Assembly (NCBI GenBank): GCA_010093995.1
Contig: ML992501.1
Coordinates: 1,793,583-1,857,582, forward strand
Direction: 5' to 3'
Origin: Elsinoe ampelina
Taxonomy: Eukaryota
DNA length: 64,000 nucleotides
In this document: piece after piece, positions 12,571 through 24,270 of the stretch
Layout: each line of letters starts with the position of its first letter
Numbering within the stretch: the first letter of the stretch is position 1
The notes under the pieces: generated by a model
Databases searched by the model: none
Told to the model about the DNA's origin: nothing
The model's input: the letters and a program-made list of their open reading frames with translations, nothing else
Made by a program: the position numbers and the translations under genes

Positions 12571-13882
12571 ATACAGCCGGAAGGTGTCAGGGTTAACTTC
12601 GCCAGAGACTTGGTGGATACCACGAAGGCGTGATACTGATCAAGGTCGTATCAGGACGTAGTGCGGACATGCTCATGCAGGGCTGTCGATGGCGACTACG
12701 GCCGTGCTGAGCGATAACGTTGGCGGGTTGAGGGCCTTGAATCTGAAAGAGGACTGAAATGTCACTTGCTGATGCTTTTGTACCTATCGATGCTACGGTA
12801 AATCTCAGGGAAACCGTGACCACTCGAGGCCTGACTCGTGTTCCTCGGGACAAGCTCGGTCAATGACTCTGGAAAGACTGCCCACCACTAAGGTACCATC
12901 CGACCGCGCGGGAAATAGCACCTATTGATTCTTGTACTTTCCAAGCATCAATCGACTATCGAAGTCATCCTGTGATGTCTTGGCTATTTGCACTAGCGCC
13001 GCTGCGTCGAGTCACCGAACGCAGACGTCAGAGCTTTTGCGCATTCAAACCCAAAAGCAGAAGGTCCATGCCTGTTCCTAAACTATGATAAAACCTTACA
13101 CAAGGTTATTCAGATATCCCTGTAAACAAAGCTTGATACCCACGTCACCTTGTATCAATCCCTGTTCGAGCGGCAGAGCTTGCGGCACACGTCCACTTTC
13201 TTCGTGTCTTCTAGAGAGCAAAAGTGTCAACATGTTAATTTACCCCCCGGCATACCAGCGACGAAGACGTTTGATGGCCGACCAGCCTTCCTTCAACGCC
13301 TGATCGGACCAGCCTTCAATGCTTGTCAAGCCCAGCCGACCAGCGAGCCGCAAGACGTTGCGAAGAAGCCGCAAGCTCTTCCTCGACTTGTCTCGGACGA
13401 TCAGCAATTTTCCGCAGTCCGGCAGGAGTCCCCCTGGCTAAGCTCCCGATGACAGATGTCGCGGCTATGAATGATGCGCATGAAGCTTCAGTTGTCGCTA
13501 CTGTACAGTTCCTGCGAAAGTTTCACATGTCTTAGCTGCCAGGCACCGGGGAAGGATCGTCGGTGGACACGGCGGACCATGGTCAAGCATACGTCTGAAC
13601 ATATTGTGCGGCAGAATTTTGACACAGACACAATCGGAATCGGCCCGGTCAGGATGAGTGAACCGTTGAACGGTTCGGGACTATGTGCTGACGGCTAACA
13701 CGGGATGTCAGCTTCATCTTTCGACTACGACCAGATCAGGTCAAGACTATTGTCCAAACAAGACGATAGCCCATCATCCTTGCATGATTTGTACTGTATT
13801 CGCCATGAGGCATATATCTACATCTAAAGTAAAAAGTATTGTACATTGGCAAATCCACCAGCCTTTCCCCCACGGGTATCAA

Positions 13883-15073
13883 CTAGACATAGCCCTTCTG
13901 CACCATCCCCTGCCCCGTCTCCTCCACCGGCGAGATCTTCTCATCATCCTGCCTCACCTCCACCGTTGTGAGAATCTTATCACTCCCCATCGCCTCGATA
14001 TCAATCTTGCTCAACAGGATCTGATCATCGTCTCCTCTCGCTTGACTCTTGATTGTCGTCACCGCTCCGGTCCTCCTCCCAGCACCGTACTGGTTACTCG
14101 TGGTGTAGTTTGCCCTCGTCGTTCCGCGGAGGCAAGGGAACACGTGCCTGATCAGCGGCCAGATGTGGGGCAGATTGGCCACGTATGTCGCCGTGCTTGC
14201 TTCCCGGATATACCAAAGCATGTAGCCCGAGCTGTAGTAGTTGGAATTGTTGTACGCTTTGGCCAGCACAGCCATGAGGAGGACCACGATACCGAGACTG
14301 AAGAGGCCTCCGATGAGGATTTTCTGCTTGAGAGGGACTTGCAGGCGGTAGATGACTGGTACTGTGGCGCAGAGCATGAAGAGATCCATGGGGATGTTGA
14401 AGACGCCTTGTACGATGCCGTAGATGCGGAGCGTGGTGCACTCTTCGCTCGGGGGTGGAATGGCCCAGTACCCTTGGAAGGGCTGACAGGCGGTGAAGAA
14501 GCAGATCTGGGTGCCGATAAAGGCGAGGAGGATGGAGATGGCGACGTAGCGGATGATTTTCTGTTTGGGGAGTCCCTGGGTCAGGCGCAGGTAGAAGAAG
14601 ATGACGGAGCCTTTGAGGGCGTAGATGGTGCAGAGCATGAACTGAACAAGGGGTCAGTGAGATGAGGCGGGGTGTACCAGGAGTTGGACGTACCTGTTCC
14701 GACACGACTACAATCTTGGAGTTGTATATCCGATCTTGGATGACTTGAGGTGTGAAGTAGACCTCATCACCAGGGTCGTAAAGATTGCTGCCTCCTGACT
14801 GGGCGATGAAGTTGAGGGTGACAACGAGGCCGGTGTAGAGGCCGAATGCCAGTAAAGAGATGTAGTCGTCGGCATTGAAGCGCTTGAGGAACCAGAGCTT
14901 GGTGAAGCTAGTAGTGATGTAAGCATGGGAACGGACATGGATGGAACCAAGGGGCGAAGCACTCACACCCTCAGCACAAACGTAACAGCACCCACGGCGA
15001 ACAGCGCCCAGGATTCCTTGGCCAGGACAGTTGCAAACTCCTGGTCAAAGGTATACCCATCCTTTGCAGACAT
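13883..15073 (-). CDS. PTH11-like integral membrane protein (fungal rhodopsin-like domain, no CFEM)
   Basis: MSAKDGYTFDQEFATVLAKESWALFAVGAVTFVLR, then ADDYISLLAF, LKGSVIFFYLRL, FTACQPFQGYW, FNIPMDLFML and WYIREASTATYVANLP. Two introns (~14.92-14.97 kb and ~14.65-14.69 kb). Confidence 0.85.
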
Positions 15074-16202
15074 GATCAAAGAGCCTACCCAAACCAGGAG
15101 CGAAGAAAGAAGACGAAGGAAGAGCAGGAACCAGTTCGCAAGGCCCCAGTGATCGCCCGTGCCGTGAAAGTAAAAAGACCAGACGAAAAAAAATGAGAGA
15201 TGGAGGGTGTGCAGAAAAGAGCTGACATCCAGGTACCCACCTGAGGCGACGACCCGGTAGCTATAGATGTGTACCGTGCCGCCTTACAATAATCTCCCTG
15301 GCCCCTCGTGGTTCACTGGTTCGGCGCCATGCCCCCGGGAAGACAAGACCGAATTGAGTTTCCCATGGCTTCCGCTATCACAAGCATCCGCCTGGCATCT
15401 TCCATGTGACGAAAGATATCAGTTAGCTGTTCCACTCCAACCGCCAGGACGACGAAACGGGGCGGCAGCCCAGGTCTGCCGTCCCCGAGGTGCTGAGCCA
15501 GACGTTTTGCCAGGACGCATATCGCTACCGTCATTCGCTCGCGTGGTCTGGCGGCCACACCAATGGACGCGGTCGAGTGAAGTGCTTCCGGCGTGCGAGG
15601 TGAGAATCCTGCAGGTACGGCGCGGACCAATCAGGCGGGAAAGAAGGGTTGGGAGGATATGAGAGGTTTAGAGGCACGACCGGAGCACGCGAGCAGCGGA
15701 GACGGGAAAGACGCGGGTGAATTTTCTGGAAGAATGTGGGTCCCTTCAGGTTGGTCAGAGCGTTTGGAAGAGCCGCATTGCGCGCCAAAAGAATTTTGGC
15801 TGTGTGCGACCTGCCTGCAAACGGGCTGAATCCGCCGCGTAAGTTTCGAGCTATTCACCATTGCGAGAAGCTACCTGTTGGATAATGGAGAACATGGTGA
15901 GGATGAAACTCTACCGGTAAAAGAGCGACGGGTAATTTCCACCGAGGATCGTGAGACTGGCTATGCCACGAGGGATGCCATTCAGGCCATACCGCCGAGG
16001 GACAAAGATGGCACAGCACAAGCCGGAGAAATCGACCATGCCTGGCGCATGCCATGGCCGCCTGTGCCTCTGATCCTCCAAAGCGACCCATCAGAGCACG
16101 CAAGCGTCAACGGACATGAGTCGTGGGTTTTTCTGGACCTGCGTCCTGCACGCCGCTAATGCACATGTGATGTGGAGCTGAGCGAAGGATTCAAGGGCGT
16201 CG

Positions 16203-16296
16203 ACAGGCGCAGGCACAGGCTCAGGCACAGGCTCAAGCACATGCCACGATGCGCAGGATGAAGCACAGGCTCAGGCACAGGATCTGACATGCAGGC
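16203..16296. repeat. Degenerate CAGGCN hexamer repeat, intergenic
   Basis: caggcgcaggcacaggctcaggcacaggctcaagcaca, then aagcacaggctcaggcacagg. Confidence 0.6.
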
Positions 16297-16505
16297 ACGA
16301 GCAACCTCGGCGCATACAATCCTACTGCCGTCAACGGTCATCTACTCGACTGTCAAAATCGACCTCGAATACTGATCCGAGACAGCCATCAACACTGTCC
16401 CCTCGACCACACGGAAAATAGCTTCTTGCCTGTCTCAAACACCTGCCCCATGCTCCGCTCCGTTCGATTCCCTGGTACCGACCTCCACTACTTTCAAAGA
16501 CAATC

Positions 16506-18310
16506 TCACGGCACTCGGAGCACTTCCCCCGTCATGGCTAGAACCTTTTCCTCCTCCAACCTCTGCGCCACGAGTTGCAAGCTGACCGGCATACCGTGCA
16601 CCACCGAAGCATTGTCTGCGATACAGTCAGCATAATCTCCCAAAACTCTTGGCTCTGTGCCAAACTACTTACAATCGTTCCTCGTCTGCGTGTCGAGTTC
16701 CGACAAGATCGGTTCGTCCTGGTACTGGTCCAGCTTCTCATCTGCATAGATGCCGCTGGGAAAGGACGTTGCCGAGTAGTCCAGCACATTGAACACACCA
16801 GTATAGCCTACACTCTTGAAGTTACCATGCTCGACGGTGGCGTATGGTGTGGTCGGACACAAAATGGCGTCGATGCCGGACTTTTGCCATCGCTTGAGAT
16901 AGTCGGCCGTGAGTTGCACGCGCTTGGCCTGCATCTTCCACATTTCCGAGACACCAAGCTCAGTCGCCTGTTCGTACATGGCCAATTCAGGTCGGAAAGG
17001 CTCCCCCACAGGCTCAAGGATAGACCGTAGAGTCTTGCCTCCGTCTGCCACGAAGAGCTTGCCCTACACATTGTCAGTTCGCTATCGACCACAAAAACGC
17101 ATCAAGTAAGTACCAGCATCTGGTAAATTTCCGTATGTCCCTCTGGCGCCCAATCCACAATCTCATGCCCCGCCTTCTTCAACTTCTCCACCGTCTCCCT
17201 CAGCGCCCTCTTCACAGGCGGCGTCGGCCTATGACCATCAGCAATCCGCCCCCACCACTCACACATTTAGAACCTACACAATCAACCCATCATCCCACAT
17301 GACCCCAATCCTCAACCTCTCCACCCCCTTGACCTCCCTCCACGGGATCGGCACACAACTCGGATCCACCCTCCACGGCTCCGCCCCGACCACCGCCCTC
17401 GCCCAAACCTCCAAATCCTCCAGACTCCTCGCCATCGGCCCCAACACCGACCTCACCGCCTCCTGCCCCGCCAACCCGCTCTTCGCCCCGACAATCGGGA
17501 ACCGTCCCGCGCTCGGCCTGATGGTGAAAATCCCCGTACAAGCCGCCGGGATCCTCAAACTACCCCCGATATCCGTGCCGACGCCGAGACAGCTCCCCTT
17601 CATGACTATCAACGCACTTTCACCCCCCGAACTCCCCCCGGAGGTGAGTTTCCTGTTCCTAGGGTTGACGGTGCGGCCAAACACATTATTCACTGTTTCA
17701 GCGATCATCATCGCCGTCGGGACATTGGTCTTGACATACGCCACTGCGCCGAGGGAGGCGAGGAGGTCCACGATGGCGGAGTTGGTGGTGGCGGGTTGCG
17801 AGACCCAGGAGGCGAAACCATCGGTGCTGTCCAGGCCGGTGATCTGGAAGTTGTCTTTGAGGCTGATGGGGAGGCCGTGCAGGGGTCCGATGGGGTGGCC
17901 GGTGGTGCGGAGGTGGGTGTCGAGGGAGCGGGCGGTGGTGAGGGCTAGGGGGAGGAAGATTTCCGAGAGGCAGTTTGTCTGGGGAGGTATCAGTAGGCTG
18001 CAGGGAGGGAGAGGAGGAGGAGCAGGGGGAACGGTACTAGTTGTTGGGCTACGCAGGCGCGTTTGCTGAAGGCGAGGGTGACTTCTTCGCTGCTGTAGTG
18101 CGAGGAGGTGAGTTTGGGGAGGAGTTCGGAGGCGGTGAGGTCGGTGATTTCGAGCTCTCGAGGGGTGAAGAAGTTGGATGTTTCGGGCCAGGTGGTCACG
18201 TCGAGTTGGGAGTCAGGAGGGAGTTGGTCCGAGGGGATGCGCCACTCGGCGGGGATCGAGTCGGCGAGTTGTTGCCGCTTGGTGGCGGCGAGCTCTTCCC
18301 ATTTGGCCAT
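16506..18310 (-). CDS. Amidase-signature enzyme (acetamidase/AmdS-like), multi-exon
   Basis: GPLHGLPISLKDNF (catalytic Lys), GGSSGGE, GTDIGGSLRIPA, and C-terminal GMPVSLQLVAQRLEEEKVLAM...VP-stop at 16506. About four introns. Confidence 0.92.
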
Positions 18311-18607
18311 GTTGTAGGCGTGTGATGCTCAGATCGATCTGATGTCGGAAGTGGTGTTTGGACCACAATACAGCGAAATGCATGGTCTGATAGTAGTGAT
18401 AACATTCGATAGCGGGGTCAGCCCACCTTCTACAGTAGCACGTGATCGGATCGGATTACCGATCAGGGACGGCACGACAAGCTCGGCGAACATGGTGCAA
18501 CTTTTCACACACCTGCCCATACCAGGGCGAATCACCCTGCCATCCAACATGTAAGGTCAATTAGCATTCTGGGATCTAGCCCTCTACACTAATGCCTCTC
18601 TCACAAT

Positions 18608-19081
18608 CTACCTCCCGACCTGTGAATCCTTCCAACAATCAGTCTTCGCCTCATGGAACATCCCATCACTAGTCTGGCAACCACAATTGCCATTGATGGG
18701 GCTCCTCACACAGTCCGTCCCCGGTCCCTTTCGCTTGCCAGCAGTCGGGCTAGTCCAGAAGAATGTCCAGCATCCCGGATCGACCTTTTTCTCAATGTCT
18801 GCTGCGACGGGGCATGTATACGCGACGCACTTGCCATACGGAGCGCCGTGGCTCTTGTCGAATTTGGGATTGTGTTTCCATACGGCAAAAGTTTGATCAT
18901 GTTTATGGGTGCGTTTGTTGAAGGCGCATTCGGAGTCTTGGATGTAGTCGGGAGGAGTGTAGACTTTGCACTCCGGGCCGGGGATATAGCAGACTCCTTT
19001 GGTGTTGGAGATGGACTTGGCTTGAGTGCCGTGGATGAGGAGGGAGGAGAACAGGGTGGTGAGGGTGATGGTGAACTGCAT
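18608..19081 (-). CDS. Small secreted cysteine-rich protein (157 aa, 10 Cys); candidate effector
   Basis: Signal peptide MQFTITLTTLFSSLLIHGTQA, ten cysteines, single exon. Confidence 0.82.
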   Translation of the reverse strand: MQFTITLTTLFSSLLIHGTQAKSISNTKGVCYIPGPECKVYTPPDYIQDSECAFNKRTHKHDQTFAVWKHNPKFDKSHGAPYGKCVAYTCPVAADIEKKVDPGCWTFFWTSPTAGKRKGPGTDCVRSPINGNCGCQTSDGMFHEAKTDCWKDSQVGR

Positions 19082-19110
19082 GGCTACCGAGTCGACCGGT
19101 GTTGATGGGT

Positions 19111-19190
19111 ACGAAGGAGTGTCAGAACGAATGGACGAAGTAGTGTCAGAACGAATGGACGAAGGAGTGTCAGAACGAATGAACGAAGGA
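19111..19190. repeat. 24-bp tandem repeat x3.3 (ACGAAGGAGTGTCAGAACGAATGG)
   Basis: Copies start at 19111, 19135 and 19159, with a partial copy at 19183. The array begins 30 bp upstream of the secreted-protein ATG. Confidence 0.92.
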
Positions 19191-19951
19191 ATTGCTGAAG
19201 TGATGCTCTATCCCACAGCGAGGTCTCACCGGAGCTTTATACCATCTTTCTGTATTATTGCCAAAACAAGGGCTGTACAGAGCATCGCGTAAGCCCCACC
19301 CTTCGTCTCCACCATGCTCGGGCCCTGACCTGTCTGCGACCGTCGTGAACAGGATCATGGAAGTGTACTTCCGCTTCTATCCTCAACTCTGTCCGTGATC
19401 TGGCCAGCCACGAGGCGATTGTGTGGCATCGATGTTTTGCATCCGAAAGCCTCGAAACAAGCATTGAAACCGTTCCGTTTGGCAGAAGCTTGTACACCAC
19501 GGATCATCATAATGGAATTGCGTGCCCTACCAAGCTGAAGCGCTGGCAGCCAGTTACAGTCCGACTACAATAGGGCTTATATAGACGTTCCGATATGAAA
19601 CACTATACCCTATAACCAAGTGGGGTAAACCACCTCATATTATCCCGCCGGAAATTAACAGATGAAATTGGAGCATTAAATATGATCTCTCCAAGTAAAA
19701 TGCAGCTATTATCAGTTACAGCGAGACCGGTGGGACGGATAAGAGAATATCCTGGAGGGAATGCAATGATGTTGGGCAGCGGCAACGGCACGTGTCCTTT
19801 CCACCTGGCTGAGAGATGTTCGCTGGGTCACAATGTTGATACATTTTCATTTGGCTATTGCTGCAGCCCTATCATCAATCGTAATGTCATTCAAACATGC
19901 TACTCAAAGCCCAGTGCTGTGGCATGGTACCGAGGACACTACCAAGTCTCC

Positions 19952-22900
19952 TCACCCGTCTTCCTCCTCCTCATCCTCGGTCTCCCCCTTACTCTCCTCA
20001 TCATCATCATCGTACCCATCCCATGCTTCATCACCTTCATTTACCGCCCCTCCTCCGTCCTGCTCCCTCTCTTCCCGCTGGTTCTCCTCTCCTGGCCCTC
20101 TCACCCCTTCATCCTCAACCACCCTGTTCTCCCTGTTCTCCCTGTTCTCCCTGTCCTCTCTCTTCACTCTTTCTCCCTGCATCAGTGGCTCACCACCAAC
20201 ACAAACACACCTCAACTCCTCCCTCCTATCCTCATCGCAGATCCCACAGAACTTGGCAATGATCCGTGTGCCCCAGCACCGCTTGCAGGAGAGTTTGTAG
20301 TGTCCCGACTCCAGACAGTGAAGGCAGTAGATCGCCACGATGCGGTCGTCGGAACAGGAGGTGCAGGAGACTTTGAAGGAGCCGGTTGAGTGACAGTGTG
20401 GGCAGAGGGCCGAGGGAAGTGTTGTGGGGGAGAGTGGTGTGGAGGGAAGTGGTGTGAAGGTTGTGTGGTTCGGGCTGGTAGGGCTTCGAGGCAGGGATGT
20501 CTCACCGTCGAGAGGTGGTTTCGAACCAAATAGTCGCTGTCGGCTTGTTGGAGTATGTCGTGTCTCGGAACGGTCTGCGGTGGCGGAGGATGGTCGGGCG
20601 TAGCCCTGTCCCCTGCCGTCGCAGTCGCTCTGACCTCGTCCGAGGTTGTCGCCAAGGGCGTCGGAGTCGTCGTTCGGGTCATGGGTTGTTGTGTTGGTAT
20701 TCAGACTCACCGCTACGTATTGGTCAGAGGGGTGGTCGAGTGGGAGGAAGACGGGAGGATAGCTCACCTGACCACCTCTGTTCCAGGACGTCGGACCATG
20801 TAAGTCACCTTGGCGTGGCTCGATGGATGAACTGGATGCGGTCGAGTCTGCTCTTCCACGGACAATGCGGGAAGCCGATTGCGCTGTCACTGACCGGAAA
20901 TCGCGGGAGTATAGCTCGGCGTCGCTCTCTGGAGTTGTTGTTGACTCAAAGCCTTGCTGGGATGCAAAGCTCGAAGTCGACTGTCCAGTAGCCGGGCTAG
21001 TTTCGCTACTTCCTTCGCTGACTGCTGATCGGAAATTGTGCTGTTGTCGTCGGCTACTGCCTTGGCGAACATTGACAGTGCCGAGGGGAGCCAGAGCTGT
21101 ATCGTTAGCAGCTACTGTAGAGCTGCTGTCGTCTTTGCTATTTGAGTATGTATCTCGCACGGTGGTGTCACTGGCGGTCGAGATATCTGACAGTCCACGC
21201 CGATGACCATGAGATGGTCGAGCTCGATCTTCAGTATCACTTCCTGATACGCTGCTGTGGCGAGACGGGATGGCCTCCGTGGCTGATGCCGCAAGCGCTG
21301 TTATGCGCTCGTGCTCCCTGAGGCCTTCCGTCAACGATGATGGCCGTGTCGGTCTCAGAGGTAGAATGCCAGTCCGGTTCGGACGCCTGGTGTCGGTAAG
21401 AGTGGCGCCTTGGAACGCGCGGATCTGCGAGATGTGCGGTCGCTCTAAACCGGCCGCCTCCAGAACTCTAGTCTCGGGGCTGTAGTACCGGTCAAAGGCC
21501 GGATCGTGCAGAGTATTGCTGTTAGCCTCGTGCAAATGCCTGGGAACAAAGCGAGCTTCGCCGGCAGGCGGCTCTGGCAAAGCCTTGTGAGCACGGGCTG
21601 ATTGAGAGCCATTTGTGGCCGGAAGAGGCGTGACGGTGGCTGTCGCTGGCGCTGTGTGACCTCTGCTAGTACTAGGCCTGGATAGTGTCGAATGCGCATG
21701 ATTGACTTCGCTGCCGTCATGGTGCTGATCCGCTGTCGAATGTTCGTTCGCTCTTGCGATCCTGGGATCGGATTTCTTATCTTGATCTATCCGAGGTCGG
21801 CTCGTGCTCGCTGCGGCTGGCATGATATTCTCGAAAGGCCTGCGTGAAGCCGAACTCCTGGACGGCTGCCCAGGCTGATTGGGTTCGGTGGCCGTGTCCA
21901 GGCCTTGTTCGTTGTGAACAGGTCCAACTTGTGGAGACCATTTTGCTGGGAGTTCGAGAGTCTCTGTCATCATATCATTCGGAGGTGATGCGGATATCGT
22001 TTCAATGCCAGCATTTAACAGTCTCGGCTCAGGAGAAGGTGTCGTTGTGACTGGCTCAACTGGCGCACCCAGTGCGGTCCTAATACCATGATGGTGACGG
22101 ACGGTGGAACGGTCCTGCTGACTCGATCCCTCTTCGCCTTGAGCATACCTCCGATTGCGACTTGAAGGTGGTGGGCTGCTTCGTGAATCACTCGCATCGC
22201 CAGTACCTGATATGTCTTGCGGATGCTCAACACTGAGTCGACTGCGCCGTTGGTTCCTTGGCTGCCTATAACCAACGCTTGCGAGAGGAGGAGTGACTGG
22301 CCTGGAACGACGAGCTGAGTGAGGAGAGTCGTTGTCAAACCCGGAGATCCGGGCCGGATCGAGTCCTTCGTTCACGCGGGAAATTTGCTGGGATGGGGAC
22401 GGAAGCGGCGACATGGTGAAAACGCCGGGTGGTGTCAGGGGCGGATCCTGTGCCTGCATCTCGCGAATCCGCCCTGTGAACATGTCACGGATCATAGTTG
22501 GACCTTCATCCAACAGATCAGGTCGAGGAGAATCCGACCTGGGGGCCCTGGAGACCCTCGAGCAACGACCGTGGATGGGGATATCCAGTGGAGGTGTGGT
22601 CTGCATACCAGCAGCGAACTCGTCAGGGGCAATTACAGGCGCCAGTCCATTGCTACCGAGCGGTCGACTGTCTAGGTCCCGGTCGATTGTGAGGGTGGCC
22701 TCGCCTGACCAAAGCGCAAGTAAGTCATCAGAGTTTGCTCCCCCGAATAAGGCAGGTGATGATACCGAGCGTTGGTTCCCGTATTGACGAGAAAATGGTG
22801 GAAACCTCTGTGACGCTCGTCTCGGCTCGCGTGTCGTGATAGAACGGCGTAGGGTCGTGAGTGGGCCAAGAGCTGGCGTACGCTGTGGAGGCGTGGGAGG

Positions 22901-23335
22901 TCGCGGCCAGCGCCCTTGTGTTCGTTCGTTGGCGCCACGTTCTAGTCGCGGTGGTGCCGCTGAGTCTTGAATCGGATGCCGAGACAAGGCAAGACGTCGA
23001 GGCGAGCGCGATGGACTGACTTGCGTCGAGGAAGGCTCCGGATGCGAATCATAGCGGTCGCTTGGTTGTCTCCGCTGATTGCGTTCCGCAAACGTCATGT
23101 GGTTCTGCGATCTTGTGTCCGTAAAGGGCAAGGTGTAGGGGGAACGAGGTTGGCGAGAGTTTGGGGGTGGAAGGGGCAGCATCGACGGCAAGGTATGTCC
23201 AGACCCGTGATTGGACTCTGGAACATCATCGAGATTGAACATTGGCTGCTCGGATGTGACGTTGTTAGACTCTGCCACAGGGACAGGGGCAGGACTGCTC
23301 GTCCGGGCTGCTGATCTACGATTTCGATTGCGCAT
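19952..23335 (-). CDS. Large disordered S/P/R-rich protein with C-terminal CxxC repeat cluster
   Basis: Uninterrupted 1127-aa ORF. Near the C-terminus are CPHC, CTSC, CLHC, CKRC and CGIC at 13-residue spacing, then an acidic tail. Confidence 0.7.
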   Translation of the reverse strand: MRNRNRRSAARTSSPAPVPVAESNNVTSEQPMFNLDDVPESNHGSGHTLPSMLPLPPPNSRQPRSPYTLPFTDTRSQNHMTFAERNQRRQPSDRYDSHPEPSSTQVSPSRSPRRLALSRHPIQDSAAPPRLERGANERTQGRWPRPPTPPQRTPALGPLTTLRRSITTREPRRASQRFPPFSRQYGNQRSVSSPALFGGANSDDLLALWSGEATLTIDRDLDSRPLGSNGLAPVIAPDEFAAGMQTTPPLDIPIHGRCSRVSRAPRSDSPRPDLLDEGPTMIRDMFTGRIREMQAQDPPLTPPGVFTMSPLPSPSQQISRVNEGLDPARISGFDNDSPHSARRSRPVTPPLASVGYRQPRNQRRSRLSVEHPQDISGTGDASDSRSSPPPSSRNRRYAQGEEGSSQQDRSTVRHHHGIRTALGAPVEPVTTTPSPEPRLLNAGIETISASPPNDMMTETLELPAKWSPQVGPVHNEQGLDTATEPNQPGQPSRSSASRRPFENIMPAAASTSRPRIDQDKKSDPRIARANEHSTADQHHDGSEVNHAHSTLSRPSTSRGHTAPATATVTPLPATNGSQSARAHKALPEPPAGEARFVPRHLHEANSNTLHDPAFDRYYSPETRVLEAAGLERPHISQIRAFQGATLTDTRRPNRTGILPLRPTRPSSLTEGLREHERITALAASATEAIPSRHSSVSGSDTEDRARPSHGHRRGLSDISTASDTTVRDTYSNSKDDSSSTVAANDTALAPLGTVNVRQGSSRRQQHNFRSAVSEGSSETSPATGQSTSSFASQQGFESTTTPESDAELYSRDFRSVTAQSASRIVRGRADSTASSSSIEPRQGDLHGPTSWNRGGQVSYPPVFLPLDHPSDQYVAVSLNTNTTTHDPNDDSDALGDNLGRGQSDCDGRGQGYARPSSATADRSETRHTPTSRQRLFGSKPPLDGETSLPRSPTSPNHTTFTPLPSTPLSPTTLPSALCPHCHSTGSFKVSCTSCSDDRIVAIYCLHCLESGHYKLSCKRCWGTRIIAKFCGICDEDRREELRCVCVGGEPLMQGERVKREDRENRENRENRVVEDEGVRGPGEENQREEREQDGGGAVNEGDEAWDGYDDDDEESKGETEDEEEEDG

Positions 23336-23820
23336 GGAAAATTAGATCGGGATCTTGTTGAATAGACGTCGTTTCGTGCGTTGTGAGATGTGGACGAAGG
23401 GATTTGACTCTTCGTTTTTCGCCACAGTCTGGGAAATTGATATGTCAGGACCCGTAGATTGGAAATTGGTGTTAGAACAAACTTGCAGATGGCGAATGCT
23501 TATCTTGAGCTGCTTCGGTCTGCTCAGGGTATTAGACAGATCGAGTAAATCGCCTGGGGTGCTTGTCTGGGCCGGGGGATCAGGACCGACTGTACCATCA
23601 AGCACCCTAGGTCCTTTGGCAGCCAATCTGGAGATTGACGCTGTTGAGCAGCAGTCGTTGGTAGAGCAGAAATTTGCAAAACAGAAGCACGCAGTTCAGA
23701 TCTCACTTTATACCACCCCTTCCCCTCACAACTCAAGCACCAAGCAACCTCTCCCCTGACCATCGGTCAGGCAAGAAGCGCCGTGTACCCTCACCCCTCA
23801 CCATCAACAAAACACGCCCA

Positions 23821-24270
23821 ATGATCTCCGCCCCCGAGAGGCATCGATCAATGCACAGCACATCTCACCATCAATCTCAACAACGCTTGGTCGACCCCCC
23901 TCCCTCCAAACCCACCAGGCATCCCGACATCACCTCCAAGCCGAGACGATCCGTCCTTCCTCGCGACGAGTGGCCTAGGATCCACGTGCGGGTGGACGCA
24001 GGAACCACTTTCGTCGTGCAGGAGCGACCGGATCAAGGCAGGGAGATTGCAGTGCATGCAGGCAGGTCGAGTGCCGATGTCTGGAAGGCCTTACGGTGGT
24101 GTTGGCGGACGGATTGCTCGGTGCGCGGTGGAGACATCTCCCTAGCGCAACGACGAGCGGAGATAGAGAGCGCTGCGTGGCGCAGCCTGCCTCGCTCCGG
24201 CTGCGTGCAGGAGGGGCACGAGCGCTTGGAGTTGTGCTGTGCGACCAGGGTTGGGGGTTTGAAATACTGA
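23821..24270 (+). CDS. Possible small hypothetical protein
   Basis: ATG at 23821 within ORF 23674-24270. Shows the same C-rich-then-G-rich profile as real genes in this window, but no domain is recognised. Confidence 0.25.
   Translation: MISAPERHRSMHSTSHHQSQQRLVDPPPSKPTRHPDITSKPRRSVLPRDEWPRIHVRVDAGTTFVVQERPDQGREIAVHAGRSSADVWKALRWCWRTDCSVRGGDISLAQRRAEIESAAWRSLPRSGCVQEGHERLELCCATRVGGLKY

Noticed and set aside
13685..14665. 326-aa plus-strand ORF
   Set aside because: Antisense to the well-supported PTH11-like gene.
16156..16341. Small ORF over the CAGGCN repeat resembling QA-repeat codons
   Set aside because: No supporting gene structure; treated as a simple repeat.
17299..18069. 256-aa plus-strand ORF
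   Set aside because: Antisense to the amidase; open because of the skewed composition.
19560..19760. Mildly AT-rich patch as a possible RIPped TE remnant
   Set aside because: Short, with no termini and no recognisable coding relic.
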